A DNA stretch of 64,000 nt from Octopus sinensis (GCF_006345805.1 NC_042998.1:182528001-182592000), one strand, 5' to 3'; counted from the first letter of the stretch, positions 41,625 to 55,454 are shown. Translations and numbers: made by a program. Notes: a model not told the origin generated them from the letters alone.

Positions 41625-42690
41625 TGTGTGTGTGTATCTTTGTGTCTGTCCTTGTTTTTCCATCACAGCTTGACAATTGGTGTTGGTGTGTTTAGGTTCC
41701 TGTAACTTAGTGATTCAACAAAAGAGACTGATAGAATAAGTACTAGGCTTAAATATAATAATTTTTGGGGTCAATTTGTTTGACTAAGACCATTGAAGGT
41801 GATGCTCTAGCATGGACACAGCCAAATGACTGAAATGAGTAAAAGAATAAAGAGAAGATAGTGTTTGTATATGGAAGATGAATGGGAGTCATAAGATCAC
41901 AAATAGAAGGTAGATTGATTTCCTCAAATGTCCTGGTGGACCCCTGGAAGTTGTAGATAATTTTTGCAACCTAATTAGCAGAAAATGTAATTGCTAGAAT
42001 AAGAATAAGATGAAGCAGATTCAGAGAGCTTTTATCTCTGTTGGCAACCAAAGTCCCTCTCTCCAAGCGAAGGGAAGATTGTATGATGCATGTGTACAAA
42101 CTGCAATCCTGCATGCTCGTGAGATGTGAGCCCTGACTGAGAAGGACATGCTATGGCTGGAGGGGAGCAAAACTGGTATGCTCCACAAGATGTGTGATGT
42201 CAGTGTGCATGTGTCAGAGCACTGGTGTATTGAGAGAGAAGTTGAGTATAAGAGGAATTAAAGGCAGTGTGCTAGAGAGAAGACTACACTGGTATGGTCA
42301 TGTGATGCAGATGGATGAGAACAATGGCATTAAAAGGGGCCGATCCCTTAAAGTGGAGGGAGGCTGTGGAAGAGGGAGACTCAGGAAGATACAAGACAAA
42401 TTATTGAAGGCTGAGCCTTACAAAGGAGATGACACATGACTGAAATATGTGGAACATTGGTGCACTCAAGAAGATCCCCCCACCACAAAAGAATCGAGAT
42501 TCTAAAATCAAGATGCCATATAAAAAGCATTCAGCACACTCTGTAAAGTGGTTGGCATTAGGAAGGGCATCCAGCCATAGAAACTGTGCCAAAACAGAAT
42601 ATGGAACCCCTGGCCTTGATAGTTCTCATCAAGCCGCCTTATCCATGCCAGCATAGAAAACGGACATTAAATGTTGATGATGATGATATA
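40945..42690 (+). mobile_element. RTE LINE 3' half interrupted by a family-1 SINE (41395-41860)
   Basis: VGVHQG, LFIIVLQAITE, LLYADDL, ERRLHWYGHVMQMDE, GRGRLRK, then the RTE tail. Confidence 0.88.
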
Positions 42691-42718
42691 TACACTAACA
42701 CATTTATGTATGTATGTT

Positions 42719-42750
<32 letters not shown>

Positions 42751-42859
42751 TGTATGTATGTATGTATGTATGCATGTCTATGTATATGTATGCATGTTCA
42801 AAAACAATGTATTTCATACAATCTTTTGAAAAAGGTATATAATACCGTATCATAGTTCC

Positions 42860-43800
42860 TTGGAGCATCTGATGATGCCAAATCTCAACATGTATTCCTG
42901 GGGCGAGGGATGGAGGGGTAGTTGTGGTTTGCTATCTGGAAATCCAGGTACTCCATGTATGCTAATTAAGACTATGGAGCTGAATTATGATTATTGTAAT
43001 GGGTGAATGTGCATTTCTTAGCATGCATACACAACATGCTATCCTTTTGGATAGTTTGTTAATAATCCTTTCTCTGGTTAGTAAAATAGAGATTCCTCTG
43101 AGCATAGTCCACATCACCTGGAAAGGGCATTGTGTGGTTGTGCATGCCGTATTATTGACCAATATTGTTCATATTTAATCCTGTTCGATTTTGATTCCAC
43201 AGAAAGTCTGCCAAGGATGTTGTGTGCTTTTGCAGACTTTTTAAAGCTGGAGATGTGGTTGCGATATCGATTCTTGAACGAATCAGCCACTGCACCTATG
43301 TACACATATGGGCCTCCTCTTGAATGTACTGTGCAGTTATAAACAAGGTGGTGACTCATGCAGAGGTTATTCAATGGGTATCTTGGTTTGTCTCTACATG
43401 GGCACTTGTTGTTGGCTGTTGTTACTGACCAGTGGTTGTTCTCAGTTCATCTCCAAGTTTTTGTTGCCATTAGGTTCCTATTCCCTATGCTATTATTATG
43501 TGGTCTCCTGGGGTTATTTACGATTTGGTTGCTATTATATGCCAAGTAGTTAATACTATGGACTCTTATGAGTTGCATTTCATCAGCGCTTGTTGAGCGA
43601 GTTGAGCATACATTAATTATGAGTTCACTGGATGTGTTCTCCAAGCCTTTGTTCAGTTTCCAATTGTTGATTCGGTGTATGTAACAAGAAACCAAGTTAT
43701 ATCACCAGAAGAGATGGTTCTGCACTGTGGGGTACATTGGAATTCATTATATAGATTTCCCACCCACGAGGGAACAGTGCAGGATGTGCCAAAACGATTG
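42860..43800 (-). mobile_element. Penelope-like element, GIY-YIG endonuclease end
   Basis: VYNCTV...YVYIGAVADSFKNRYRNHISSF, WSIIRHAQP. Confidence 0.85.
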
Positions 43801-43911
43801 TTGTGATAAATAAAGTTTCCAGTATATTCTATCTTCCATATTAACTGTTTCTACCACACACACATACACACGTGTATATATGAGCATACATATATATATA
43901 TATACACACAC

Positions 43912-43942
<31 letters not shown>

Positions 43943-44626
43943 GAGGAATGCACATATAACTCCACATGCACAACCCCACACATACACACGAACACACACA
44001 TACACTCACACACAGATGCATACACACACTACACATAAAACACACACACAACATATACATACACACAAACATATAAATACACACGCACACACATACTTCA
44101 ATCTGTCAGTCAAAGACCTTTCTACTGACCATTCCTCTAAGCACATGTGAAGAGACGCACAACTACACAAAAGACCACCACTCCTGTTACCATGCTGCTG
44201 AATTCTTCCTACAACATTAGGAGACACAAAGTTCACTCACACATACACATATAAACAACCAACACCACACAAACGCCAAACACAACAGAAACACACACAG
44301 ACTTGCGCAAACGCATATACCCACACATACACACATATACTTCCTTCTCTTACACTCTTAGAAAGAACTTTTTCTTCACCCACTCCCTTCCGGTCATTTC
44401 AAAATGTAACCACATGTGAATTGGTAGTGATTTTTTCCTCTGTCTTCCTTTGCTATTGGACTTTCCTCTGTTTCTGAAGAAGAGCTTTGTTCGAAATGTA
44501 AAGCCACTTTTCTTTCCTTCCCTGAGCGTCTGTTAATACTTTACATGTACCATGTCCTCGTATTGTTGTTTTTGTGTTGTTCTTCATTTTTTTATTTAAC
44601 ACATATATGTGTGTATGTATATGTGT

Positions 44627-44692
<66 letters not shown>

Positions 44693-46909
44693 CTTTATTG
44701 CCCACAAGGGGCTAAACATAGAGAGGACAAACAAGGACAGACAAAGGGATTAAGTCGATTAAGTCTCAAGATTAATCAGCCGAAATTGCTAAGATGATCT
44801 GGTTCTTGACTGATGACTGAGGGCTTCGAATGTCCCGTCCTGTGGTTCTTGTGTCATCTCTGTGGTGTTTCATGTTCTTGTCCATGTCTGTAATTATTTT
44901 TACTGTTTACCTATATATATATATATATATATTTCTTTATTGCCCACAAGGGGCTAAACATAGAGAGGACAAACAAGGACATACAAAGGGATTAAGTCGA
45001 TTACATCGACCCCAGTGCGAAACTGGTACTTTTATTTATCGACCCCGAAAGGATGAAAGGCAAAGTCGACCTCGGCGGAATTTGAACTCAGAACGTAACG
45101 ACAGATGAAATACCGCTAAGCATTCCGCCCGGCGCGCTAACGTGTCTGCCAGCTCGCCGCATATATACATACACACATATATGTGTGTGTTTGTGTGTGA
45201 GTGTGTGAGGGACCTAGAATCCTTTAAGGAATGCTAGCATCCTAGTTCTCTGGTTTATACCAGTGTTCAGGGAAAACTAAATATATTGGTTTTGCCTTGA
45301 TATATATATAGGTATTTAAAATATTTATGGATGAGAAAAGGAAGAAAATGGAAAAATTGACATGCAGACACCAGTTTGTTCAAAGATATTCAAATTCATA
45401 TAATGAAATTCTTGTCCTACTGCCATTTCCATATCCAATTAGTTCAATTACAGAAATTGAATTAAATTAATTTAATTTAAATTTTCATATTGAAACTGGT
45501 TAGTTGGGTATTTCATTAGGAAAAAATTTTTCCAAAAGGGAGTTACATTTCAACATATTGATTGATCAACAATAAACTCAGATGTGTGCGTTGTTTAAAA
45601 AAACCCATTATTATTATATATATACATATAAACAAATATGTTTGATATATTTGTGCATGTGCATATGTAATACATGGTATTTTTTCTTGTTAAGTCCTAA
45701 ATAAATTTACTGAGGCTGGTAGAAGAAGACCTGTTCCTATTATTAGAGGTGTAAATTTGGTTAGAGACACTTTTCTTAACAAAATTTTGTGTAGCCCCTA
45801 TGTAGAAGAAACTTTTACTCTCAGATATCAACTTACATCTGTAAACAACATTCTTTTGTTTACAATAACTTTAAAATAAACATTAACTTTTAACCCTGCA
45901 ATCACAAAAAGTATTATCATTAGTACTCGTATTATTACTCTGTACTAACTTTGGATTAAAGATCCTCTATAACTATATATATTTTCCTTTCCTTATACTT
46001 TATTTATTGATTATACAATACAGAATATATAGTTTTTCTATATATTTTTTGCTTGGACTGAATCGGCGGATTTGGATGTTTAGCCCTTAGTGTTCAGATT
46101 ATTCTGTCAAATGTGATGTTTGTTTATTTAAAATGGTTTGAATTAATCATGCATTATCTTGTAGTTTAGAGATTTCAGTGATGTGATTTTTTAGTTTTAG
46201 AATGACATGGTAGGGCTGAGGTGAGAAGTGAGATCTGGTCAGTTTCAATATAAAACAGGTTAAATATTTTGGCCAGATATGGCCGGTTTGAATGCTAAAG
46301 GGTTAACATCAGTTTGAAGGATTTTGGTCCTGACTTCTTTTCCATAAAAAGGACGGCTTTTTTTTAAACAATGCACACATCTGAGTCAGTCGTTGGTCAA
46401 CCAACATGTTGACATGTAACTCCCTTTTGGGAAAATTCTTACTTGATGAAATACCCAATTAACCAATTTCAATACGAAAATTTTAATTTAATTAACTTAA
46501 TTTCTGTAATTGAACCAATTGGATATGGAAACGGTGGTAGGACAGGAATTTCATTATATGAATTTGAATATCTTTGAATAAACTGATGTCTGCATGCCAA
46601 TTTCTCCATTTTCTTACTTTTCTCATATATATATACTTTCATACATATGCATGTATATTTTATATACCTATGCATGTTCGTATGTATACATATGTGTATA
46701 TATGTGAGTGAGTGTGTGAATGTCTGCGTGCGGGAGTATATTTGTGTATATTTTTTAGATTGATAAAATCAGTAAAATATATTATGCTTTACCTGGGAAA
46801 GGAAATAAGAGCTTGTATCAGAAAGGGCAAACATGGAAAAATGGACTAAAATGAAAGAAAAAAAAATGTATATATATACATATATATATATATGGATATA
46901 TATATATAT

Positions 46910-46966
<57 letters not shown>

Positions 46967-47505
46967 TATATATTATATATATATATATATATACATACAC
47001 ACACATATATATTTATATATACACACACATATATATATATATATACACACATATATATAATATATATATATATATTATATATATATATATATATAATATA
47101 CACACACATATATATATATATATCTATATATATATATATCTATATATATATATATATATATATATTGTTCACTTGACATTTATACATTTGTTATGTGAAC
47201 GATATTTTGAAAACAAAAGTGTCTGATATTTAATTTCACATATATACTCATATATGTGTATGTGAAACTGATAAAAATAAAAAATTTGCAGTTTTATTTT
47301 GATTAAAATACCAATTTCTTCAGAGCAAAACATTTGAATGCAGTTCACCTGCATGCATTCAACACCTCTGACTGTCACTCACTTCCACTCCATTTGTTAT
47401 TTTACTCTGATTTTCCCAGCATGACTTATGAGCCATATATTGTATTTTATTATAAGTAAGATATGCTTCCTAATCTAAAACAATACATTTAAAATAAAGG
47501 AATAC

Positions 47506-47562
47506 CGTGGTGTATAATTTCATTGATATTTTCGATGCTTCAAAACTTGGTACACTTTTTAT
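47506..47562 (-). CDS. Micro-exon 6 (IKSVPSFEASKISMKLYTT)
   Basis: Acceptor ttttatcatatttatAG, donor ACG|GTattc, 57 nt, phase 0; paralogous to exons 7 and 8 including intron flanks. Confidence 0.85.
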
Positions 47563-47703
47563 CTATAAATATGATAAAAACAAAAAGAAAGTTACTTGCA
47601 TGAGCATAGCCAGTATATTTCATTGTTTGAAATTGCATAGTTTAAAGACACTTTAAAACTTGAAATATTTTGAGAATTGTTAAAAAATTTAGTGTGCATA
47701 ATA

Positions 47704-47739
<36 letters not shown>

Positions 47740-48344
47740 TGTATGTATGTATGTATGTATGTATGTATGTATGTATGTGTGTGTGTGTGTGTGTATGGTT
47801 GTATGTATGTATGTATGTATGTATGTATGTGTGTGTGTATGTATGTATGTATGTATGGTTGTATGTATGTATGTTTATATGTATGTATGTATGTATGTCT
47901 GTAGGTATGTATGTATGTATGTATGTATGGTTGTATGTATGTATGTGTGTGCGTGTTTGTATGTATGTATGTATGGTTGTATGTATGGACACTTTTTGTC
48001 TATAGAATAAATAAAATTGAAACAAAAATATCTTTGATTATGTTTATATAACTTGATTTCAAATTTTGTAACATGAACGTTACTTTACAGCTTAATTGTT
48101 TTGTAAAGGCAAATCATTTAAAATTATGATCCATAAATTAAAAATGTTATCATCATTCGCATCATCATCATCAGCACCATCATCATTTAACATCTTATTT
48201 CCATGCTGGCATGATAAAAAAATAAAACAAAAAATGGCAAAACTCTGTTAGAGAGGAGATGTCTAATCTGTGAAGCATTGAAAAGGTGTCATAAAATTGA
48301 TGATGATTGATGTTGATGCGTATACATGTGTGTGCCCAAATGTA

Positions 48345-48390
<46 letters not shown>

Positions 48391-49243
48391 CACATGTGAG
48401 CATGCATGTGTGAATCATAATTTAAAATGATTTGCTTTTACAAAACATCCAAGTTGTTAAGTAATGTTTATAAGGCAAAATTTGAAATCAAGATATGTTA
48501 CAACACACAGTACTGTAATATTTTCCTTAAGGAAATCTCTCACATGGTTTTGTGGTACATACAACCACTCTTGTTTCCCACTTCTTCCAGTGTAAAGAAG
48601 AATACTCATGTAAACCACAAAACAAATATATAAAGGACAAGCCTAAATTCACTACCTACCTACATTCTTTTGTGAAAAAAAAGTAAACACGCCCAATTAC
48701 TAAATACTAGACTTTGTATCTTTGACCAATAATACCAAAAGCAACAAAAATACTGTCACACCTTGTGCTTGCCTAACAAAAGAGAAACACCTAGAGGCTT
48801 GTTTACAAAGTTCTACATACATGAACAAAGTCTAAAGAATAACATAGCCCCAAATTTAATCAATTAAAATTTCTTCAAAACACCTCTCCACTACAACAAT
48901 CATAAAAATCTAATTACCACCCAACTGAATCCCACACGCCCATGGAATATTTTAACTCAACACAGACTATATAAAAGCAAGACTAACTCTCATGCATTAC
49001 ACTCTGATGATGGCTTAGCTGGCCAAAACTTTGTTTTATATATATATATATATATAGGTGAGAGAGTTAGTATGTGAAAGCAAGTGGTTGGATGTATAAA
49101 AGACAAAAAAGAGTGATAAAACTACAGAAGGCTTGCATTATATGATTAAAGAATATATTAAAATTGTTATGTTAGAAAAATGTTAACAAATTTTGCATAT
49201 AGTAACATAGATTTTGGAGAAATAACTGGTTTCGTATATAGAT

Positions 49244-49280
<37 letters not shown>

Positions 49281-49382
49281 TTGATAGATCTTATATATCT
49301 TATATATTTGTATATATGATAGATCATAAATATATGTATAGTTGCTTTCCAATAACAAGATCAATATATGCAAAATATATAC

Positions 49383-49424
49383 AATCTCTGACTCTACCAT
49401 TTCTGAACTTGTTGAACTTCTCAT
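49383..49424 (-). CDS. Micro-exon 5 (MRSSTSSEMVESEI); alternative 27-nt form ends at 49398
   Basis: Acceptor ttttattttattttatAG, donor GTatat (42 nt) or internal GAAATG|GTagag (27 nt); both keep the frame. Confidence 0.75.
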
Positions 49425-49748
49425 CTATAAAATAAAATAAAATAAAAATAGAAAATTCTATTAGATTTGATAAGTAATGAGCATATAAAAATAACAGTAA
49501 TAACAACAACAATAATAATAATAATAATAATAATAATGATAATAATAATAATGATAATAATTTTTTATTATTTAAAAAAAATTTTTTTTTAATTTTTTAA
49601 TTTTTTATTTTTATGTATTAGACATTCACAAGTACAACACCCCCCCCCCCCAAATATATGGCACAGAACTTCCAACCTGTTGTCTCTTGATGTCTCTGGG
49701 TGAGACTTGGAGCCAACTTGTACAGACATAAAGCAAAAGTCAAACATA

Positions 49749-49784
<36 letters not shown>

Positions 49785-49799
49785 TAATAATTGTTACGT

Positions 49800-50244
49800 T
49801 TATATATTTGTTTTGCAAGATTTTTGATGTGAAATCGTGTGTTGAAACATATTGTTGTATTTAGGAATGGTCATTTTGCCAGTTTAGCCAAAGAAACACA
49901 CGCACTATATATTTGGTGTTACTTTGCTTCAGCGTTATTGATTTTTAACATTAATCTTAATCTTATTTTGGCCAGAGTTCTTTCGTCACACTTCTGTGAC
50001 CTCATCAGTGGTCCCTGCTTTCTTCTTTCTTATTTGTGTGTCTCTTCTTACTAACGGTCAGCATTTTGTATTTTGTATTCCTATTCCATGTGTCTTCATT
50101 TGCGCATGCGTATACCTCTATGTGTGTCTATGTTTAGTTAGTGTGGGGGGGGGGAAGTGCCTGTAATATTTGTATCTACTGTTTATTTACGTTCGTGTAA
50201 TTTGTTTTTGTTTATTTTTGTTTTGTTCATGTGTTTACACCTAC

Positions 50245-50285
<41 letters not shown>

Positions 50286-50727
50286 ATTAATATTATTTAG
50301 TCTATAGTATAAGATGTATAGAGGGATGATGCAGTAACAAGACAACGACATATGTAGGGGAAATGGCACGGAGCATTGGAGAGTGGGTAAATGAACATTG
50401 GAGAGAACTTAAGGAAGAAAAGAGTTCATCGGTTCTGTACCAACACGCTGAGCAGGAACACGGGGGTTCACTCAACAACATAGAAGTTAAAATCTTGTCC
50501 ACACATAGAACAGACGCAACAATCAGACAAATTATGGAAGCTACACACAAAATAGAAGATAAACCTAGCCTGAATAGGAAACTGGAATGGAACACTAGCA
50601 CACACCACAGCATATGACAGAAGATCCCCATAAACTGGTGACAATATAAACAAAACTAAAAACATAATAAAATACACAGATAAATAAACAAATGGAAGTA
50701 AATAACTATATACATTAAAAAAAATAT

Positions 50728-50758
<31 letters not shown>

Positions 50759-51160
50759 TAATAATAAGTAGGTGTAAAAACATGAATAAAATAAAAATAA
50801 ACAAAAACAAATTACACGAACGTATATAAACAGGAGATACAAATATTACAGGCACTTCCCCTCCCCACACACTAACTAAACATAGACACACATAGAGGTA
50901 TACGCATGCGCAAATGAAGACATGCAATAGGAATACAAAGTACAAAATGGCTGACCGTTAGTAAGGAGAGACACACAAATAAGAAAGAAGAAAGCAAAGG
51001 ACCACTGATCCAGTCACAGGAGTGTGACGAAAGAACTCTGGCCGAAATAAGATTAAGATTAATGTAAAAAATCAATAACGCTGAAGCAAAGTAAAACCAA
51101 ATATATAATGCGTGTGTTTTTATTGGCTAAACTGGCAAAATGAACATTTCTAAATACAAC
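49800..51160 (+). mobile_element. Penelope-like GIY-YIG fragment (50330-50620) flanked by ~430-bp inverted repeats
   Basis: YVGEMARSIGEWVNEH...SVLYQHAEQEH...LNRKLEW; 49850-50282 is the reverse complement of 50730-51155. Confidence 0.82.
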
Positions 51161-51178
51161 AACAACAACAACAACAAC

Positions 51179-51214
<36 letters not shown>

Positions 51215-51722
51215 TATCAGCTTCTGATCTTAACTGATTGGAAGTGTTATCATGTACATTGTTTTGTCTTGGTATAAAAGATGGGCTACAGCAAATATTC
51301 TGCTCAATACCACAGATTTGCTTCTCACTTGTTTGACCTTAACCAGTTGAGCATGTCCCTTAGTGGCTGACGATATGTGCAGCTCTGATCATAAGTAGAA
51401 GTAGTGGAGGAGCATCATAGCCATGATTTGAGAGGGATTTTTTGGGGTTTGAATAATTTACCTCTGGAAACATCCTTAAACAACCCTTATTCAGGGACCT
51501 TTTGAGTGGAATGGGTTTCTCGACCTGAAGAAAATTCTAATTGGGCCCCACCTGCAAGGTCATGCACTGTTTATCTTGATATGAGATCACCATTTCGCAC
51601 ACATATGGTTATGATACATGTGCCTGGTGTACCCTTATCAGATGGGTAATCATGATGGGTATACTGGGCTTCGTATACTTTACCCCAGTGTCACTTTGAT
51701 GGCATGCACTGATCTGTCACTC
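51215..51722. mobile_element. Dispersed ~500-bp repeat associated with (AAT)n tracts; second copy at 52700-53215
   Basis: Two clearly homologous copies (cttaactga...ccagtgtcactttgatggcatgcactg), each bounded by (aat)n. Confidence 0.7.
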
Positions 51723-51778
<56 letters not shown>

Positions 51779-51844
51779 TAATGATAATGATGATGATGAT
51801 GATGATGATGATGATAATAATAATGATAATAATAATAATAATTA

Positions 51845-52130
51845 CTCTCCTGGTAAAGATGACGTATGAAAGTTCAGCTTTTGTCGAACGAGCTGCACAA
51901 ATTATTTGTTTATAGTGATCAAATGCTCGTGCCACACATTAGCTCACCTTCTCCATCAAATTGACATTGTCTGAACAGGTGCACTGTGTCCCATGCATCA
52001 AGTGTTGAAGTGATCGCAGAACAACATGATGCTTAAGAATACAATGCACCACCTGGTCTAGGAGTTGAAATCACAATCTAGTGATTGTGAGTGCAACGCC
52101 CAAACCAATAGGCTATACACCCTCTCAATA
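51845..52130 (-). mobile_element. Degraded SINE; opposite-orientation copy at 53245-53510
   Basis: Shared ctgaacaggtgcac / gtgcacctgttcag and atttgatcactataaac motifs. Confidence 0.6.
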
Positions 52131-52152
52131 ATAATAAACCTTTCTGCTAAAT

Positions 52153-52299
52153 CAGTGGTTCCAACTTTTCACTACCAAATGAGTTTTCTTATGGACCCCA
52201 GGATATTGAAAGGTCTGTCAGCTTAACATGTTCATGGACCCCCAGTACTATCTTTGTGGACCACTAGGGGGTCTGTGGATCACAGGTTGAGAACCACTG
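52153..52299. mobile_element. hAT-type MITE
   Basis: TIRs cagtggtt(c/ct)caac ... gttgagaaccactg; 8-bp TSD tgctaaat / tactaaat. Confidence 0.8.
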
Positions 52300-52307
52300 T
52301 ACTAAAT

Positions 52308-52640
52308 GCCGTACCAAATGATGTGAACGTTGTGAGTAAAGAGGTTGAAAAAATCACCAAGTACTCCAAATTGAAAGTGGAAATGGCAACATTGTATGGA
52401 ATGCGAGAGGGAAAAATATAAAAGCGATACCAATGGTGATCGAAGTGCTGGGCTCAATCCCATTGAAACTTCATAACTTCTTAAGGCAACTGGAAATCCC
52501 ATGCAAGACTGATGTCTTGCAAAAAGCAGCCTTATTGGGCACAGTGCACATCTTAAGGAAAGTATTATCTGTCTGAGGTCCTTGTGACTTGACAGATCAC
52601 TAAAGACTCTGGTGCATTTTTACCTACACTGTGTTACAAA
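52308..52640 (+). mobile_element. R4/Dong-clade non-LTR retrotransposon 3' fragment (restriction-like endonuclease)
   Basis: KEVEKITKYSKLKVE ... LQKAALLGTVHILRKVL, followed by a long (aat)n tract, the known Dong target. Confidence 0.75.
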
Positions 52641-52641
52641 G

Positions 52642-52703
<62 letters not shown>

Positions 52704-53884
52704 GCCCTGATGTAGTACCAGGCACTGGCTCTCATGGTTTCTCATCTTAACTGACTGGCAGTGTTATCAAAAACCCTGCTCAATACCACAGATTTTCTTG
52801 TCAGTTGTTTGACCATAACCAGTTGAGCATGTCCCTTGGTGGCTGACGATATGCGTCTCTGAATATGTACAGAAGAAGTGGGGGGTAGGCAGCATAACCA
52901 TGTGTTGAGAGGACTTCTTTAGAGTTTGAATAATTCATCTCTGAAAGCGTAGGTGTTTTATTCAACATTCTTAAACAACCTTTATTCAAGGACCTTCTGT
53001 GTGGGGTGGGCTACTGAGCCAGAAGAAAATTCTAACTGAGCCTACCAGCAAGGTATTGAGCAGTTTATTTTGATATGGGTTCACCATGTTGCGCACATAT
53101 GGTTGTGATGCATGTGCCTGGTGTACTATTATCAGATAGGTAATGTTGGGTATACTGGGCTTCATATATTTTGCCCCAATGTCACTTTGATGGCATGCAC
53201 TGCCCTCTTAGTAATAATGATAATAATAATAATAATAATAATAATAAGGGTAGTTACGGTGTTGCACTCATGATCGTGACCGAGAATGGGCAGTGCGTTG
53301 TGTTCTTGAGCATAACACTTCATCCATGTTGCTATGCGATTACTTTGACACCTGATGTGTAGTACACCGTGCACCTGTTCAGGCAATGTTGATTTGATGG
53401 AGAGAATAAGATAATGTACAACACATTCATTTGATCACTATAAACCAATCATTTGTGTAGATCGTTTGGCAAAAGCTGAACACTAATACATCGTCTTTGA
53501 CGGGAGCATCCAGAGGCAGCAAATTGGCAGAATTGTTTGATACCATGTAAAATGCTTAGCAGTAGTTAGCCTGGCATTACTTTCTCAGTTCAAATGCCAT
53601 TGGGGTCACCTTCACCATTCATCCTTTCAGATTTTTACAATAATTCAAATATGATTATTCATATATGAAATGGACATTCAATATTGCCTCTTAATCCATT
53701 GGAAGGGTTTATCAGAATCATGATGTACTTTTTGAGATTGTAAATCCATGTTAACTGTTAAATGTCAGTTTTTGTTTGACATTGTTTTAAAAACTTTGGG
53801 AAAATTGATTTATTATGTCACACCCATCCTAATGATTATACGTACATACATCCCCCCCCCCACATATATATATATATATATTTA

Positions 53885-55210
53885 CATCTAATATAGAATA
53901 AAATTTCTCGATAAAATTCTATGAATGGCCAGCATATTAAAAGATACCTTTAAAGGTTAAATTTATAAACAACTTATAAACAAGGGCAAAAGAAAAAATA
54001 AATAAGCAAATAGAGTTAAATAATATTTTTAAAGAAATAATTAAAATAATGATACAATAAAACTTATTAAAATATCATTAAAAATCTATTTATTCTATTT
54101 CTGTTAATAACGTGTTTCCACGAGTATTCTTATAAACGTTTAAAAGACGTTTTCCATTCTAAAATTTTAGTTAATGACACGGTTTTTGAAAGCTAAGTAA
54201 GCCTTTTCTATCTAAGATTTTTAATGATATTTTAATAAGTTTTATTGTATTGTATTGTATATTATATAACTACTAATTGTTAATTTGATTCTATAATTAT
54301 TTAGTTGTTGATGATATATATTTAATTATTAGATTATAACTGTGCTTTATTTGTAAGATATTACTTAGCCAACGAGATATATAGATTGTAAAATAGTTAT
54401 ACGGTTCTTTTAAGATAGGTTATACATTTATAATTTGATTTTTAATATTTAATTTTTTAATGTATTTCATAAATATATTATATTGATATTTAATATTTAT
54501 GTAAGTAATAATGGACTAATTAATTTATTTATTTTTCATTATATGTCTATATATTTATTGATAGAGTAAATTTTAGATTTTAATTACTATATTTGTTGAT
54601 AATAATTTAGTCATTTTTAAATAATTAGATGTGAACTTAAATCTAAAAATATGAATAGAGATTATTTTGTTAAATTTGGTAATTAAATATTGGACTATAA
54701 CTGAGTTTAGGATATTCGTGAGTTTATTATGTTTTTTTAAGCCATATTATATCTTCATAGATAAATACATATTTCTATCTATTTTTTTACCTTAAAAATA
54801 AATATTTAACATAATAAATGGGTTGTATGACATAATCCTAATGTTTTAAGTTTCTAATTTAGATAATGGAGTTTTTTATAAGAAAAATTATTATTTTATT
54901 TATTTCTTAAAAAATTTTGTTTAACTCTATTTGCTTATTTATTTAACTATTATCATTAACATGAAGATTGACTATAATTTTAGTTTGAATTTAAACTTAA
55001 TTGTAATTCGAATTTAATTATAGCATGAAACGTACGTAGTGTTTTTACTTATTATATTATATTTATCATTCTTTTTATACTTTTTGAAAAAAAAATTTAT
55101 TTATTATATATTACATTAATTATATTTGTATTATTTATTATTTATGTATTAGTTTATGTCTATCACTGTTTGAGTTGCCTAATAGTGGTTTTATCTCCAA
55201 TTCATATTTT
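53885..55210. mobile_element. Extremely AT-rich degraded Penelope-like element with nested inverted repeats
   Basis: 36-bp IR 54052-54087 / 54215-54250; IR ~54000-54040 / 54900-54940; shares its end motif with the 13.4-kb element. Confidence 0.45.
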
Positions 55211-55212
55211 AT

Positions 55213-55243
<31 letters not shown>

Positions 55244-55454
55244 GATATGTATTTTTTTTTACTTGTTTCAGTCATTTGACTGCGGCCATGCTGGAGCACT
55301 GCCTTTAGTCGAGCAAATCGACCCCGGGACTTATTCTTTGTAAGCCCAGTACTTATTCTATCGGTCTCTTTTGCCGAACCGCTAAGTTACAGGGACAGAA
55401 ACACACCAGCATCAGTTGTCAAGCAATGCCAGGGGGACAAACACAGACACACAA

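Noticed and set aside
54200-55150. Mitochondrial nad5/trnF NUMT
   Set aside because: No convincing in-frame nad5 motif could be read. Internal inverted repeats and the Penelope-like end motif argue otherwise. It is kept only as a low-interest check.
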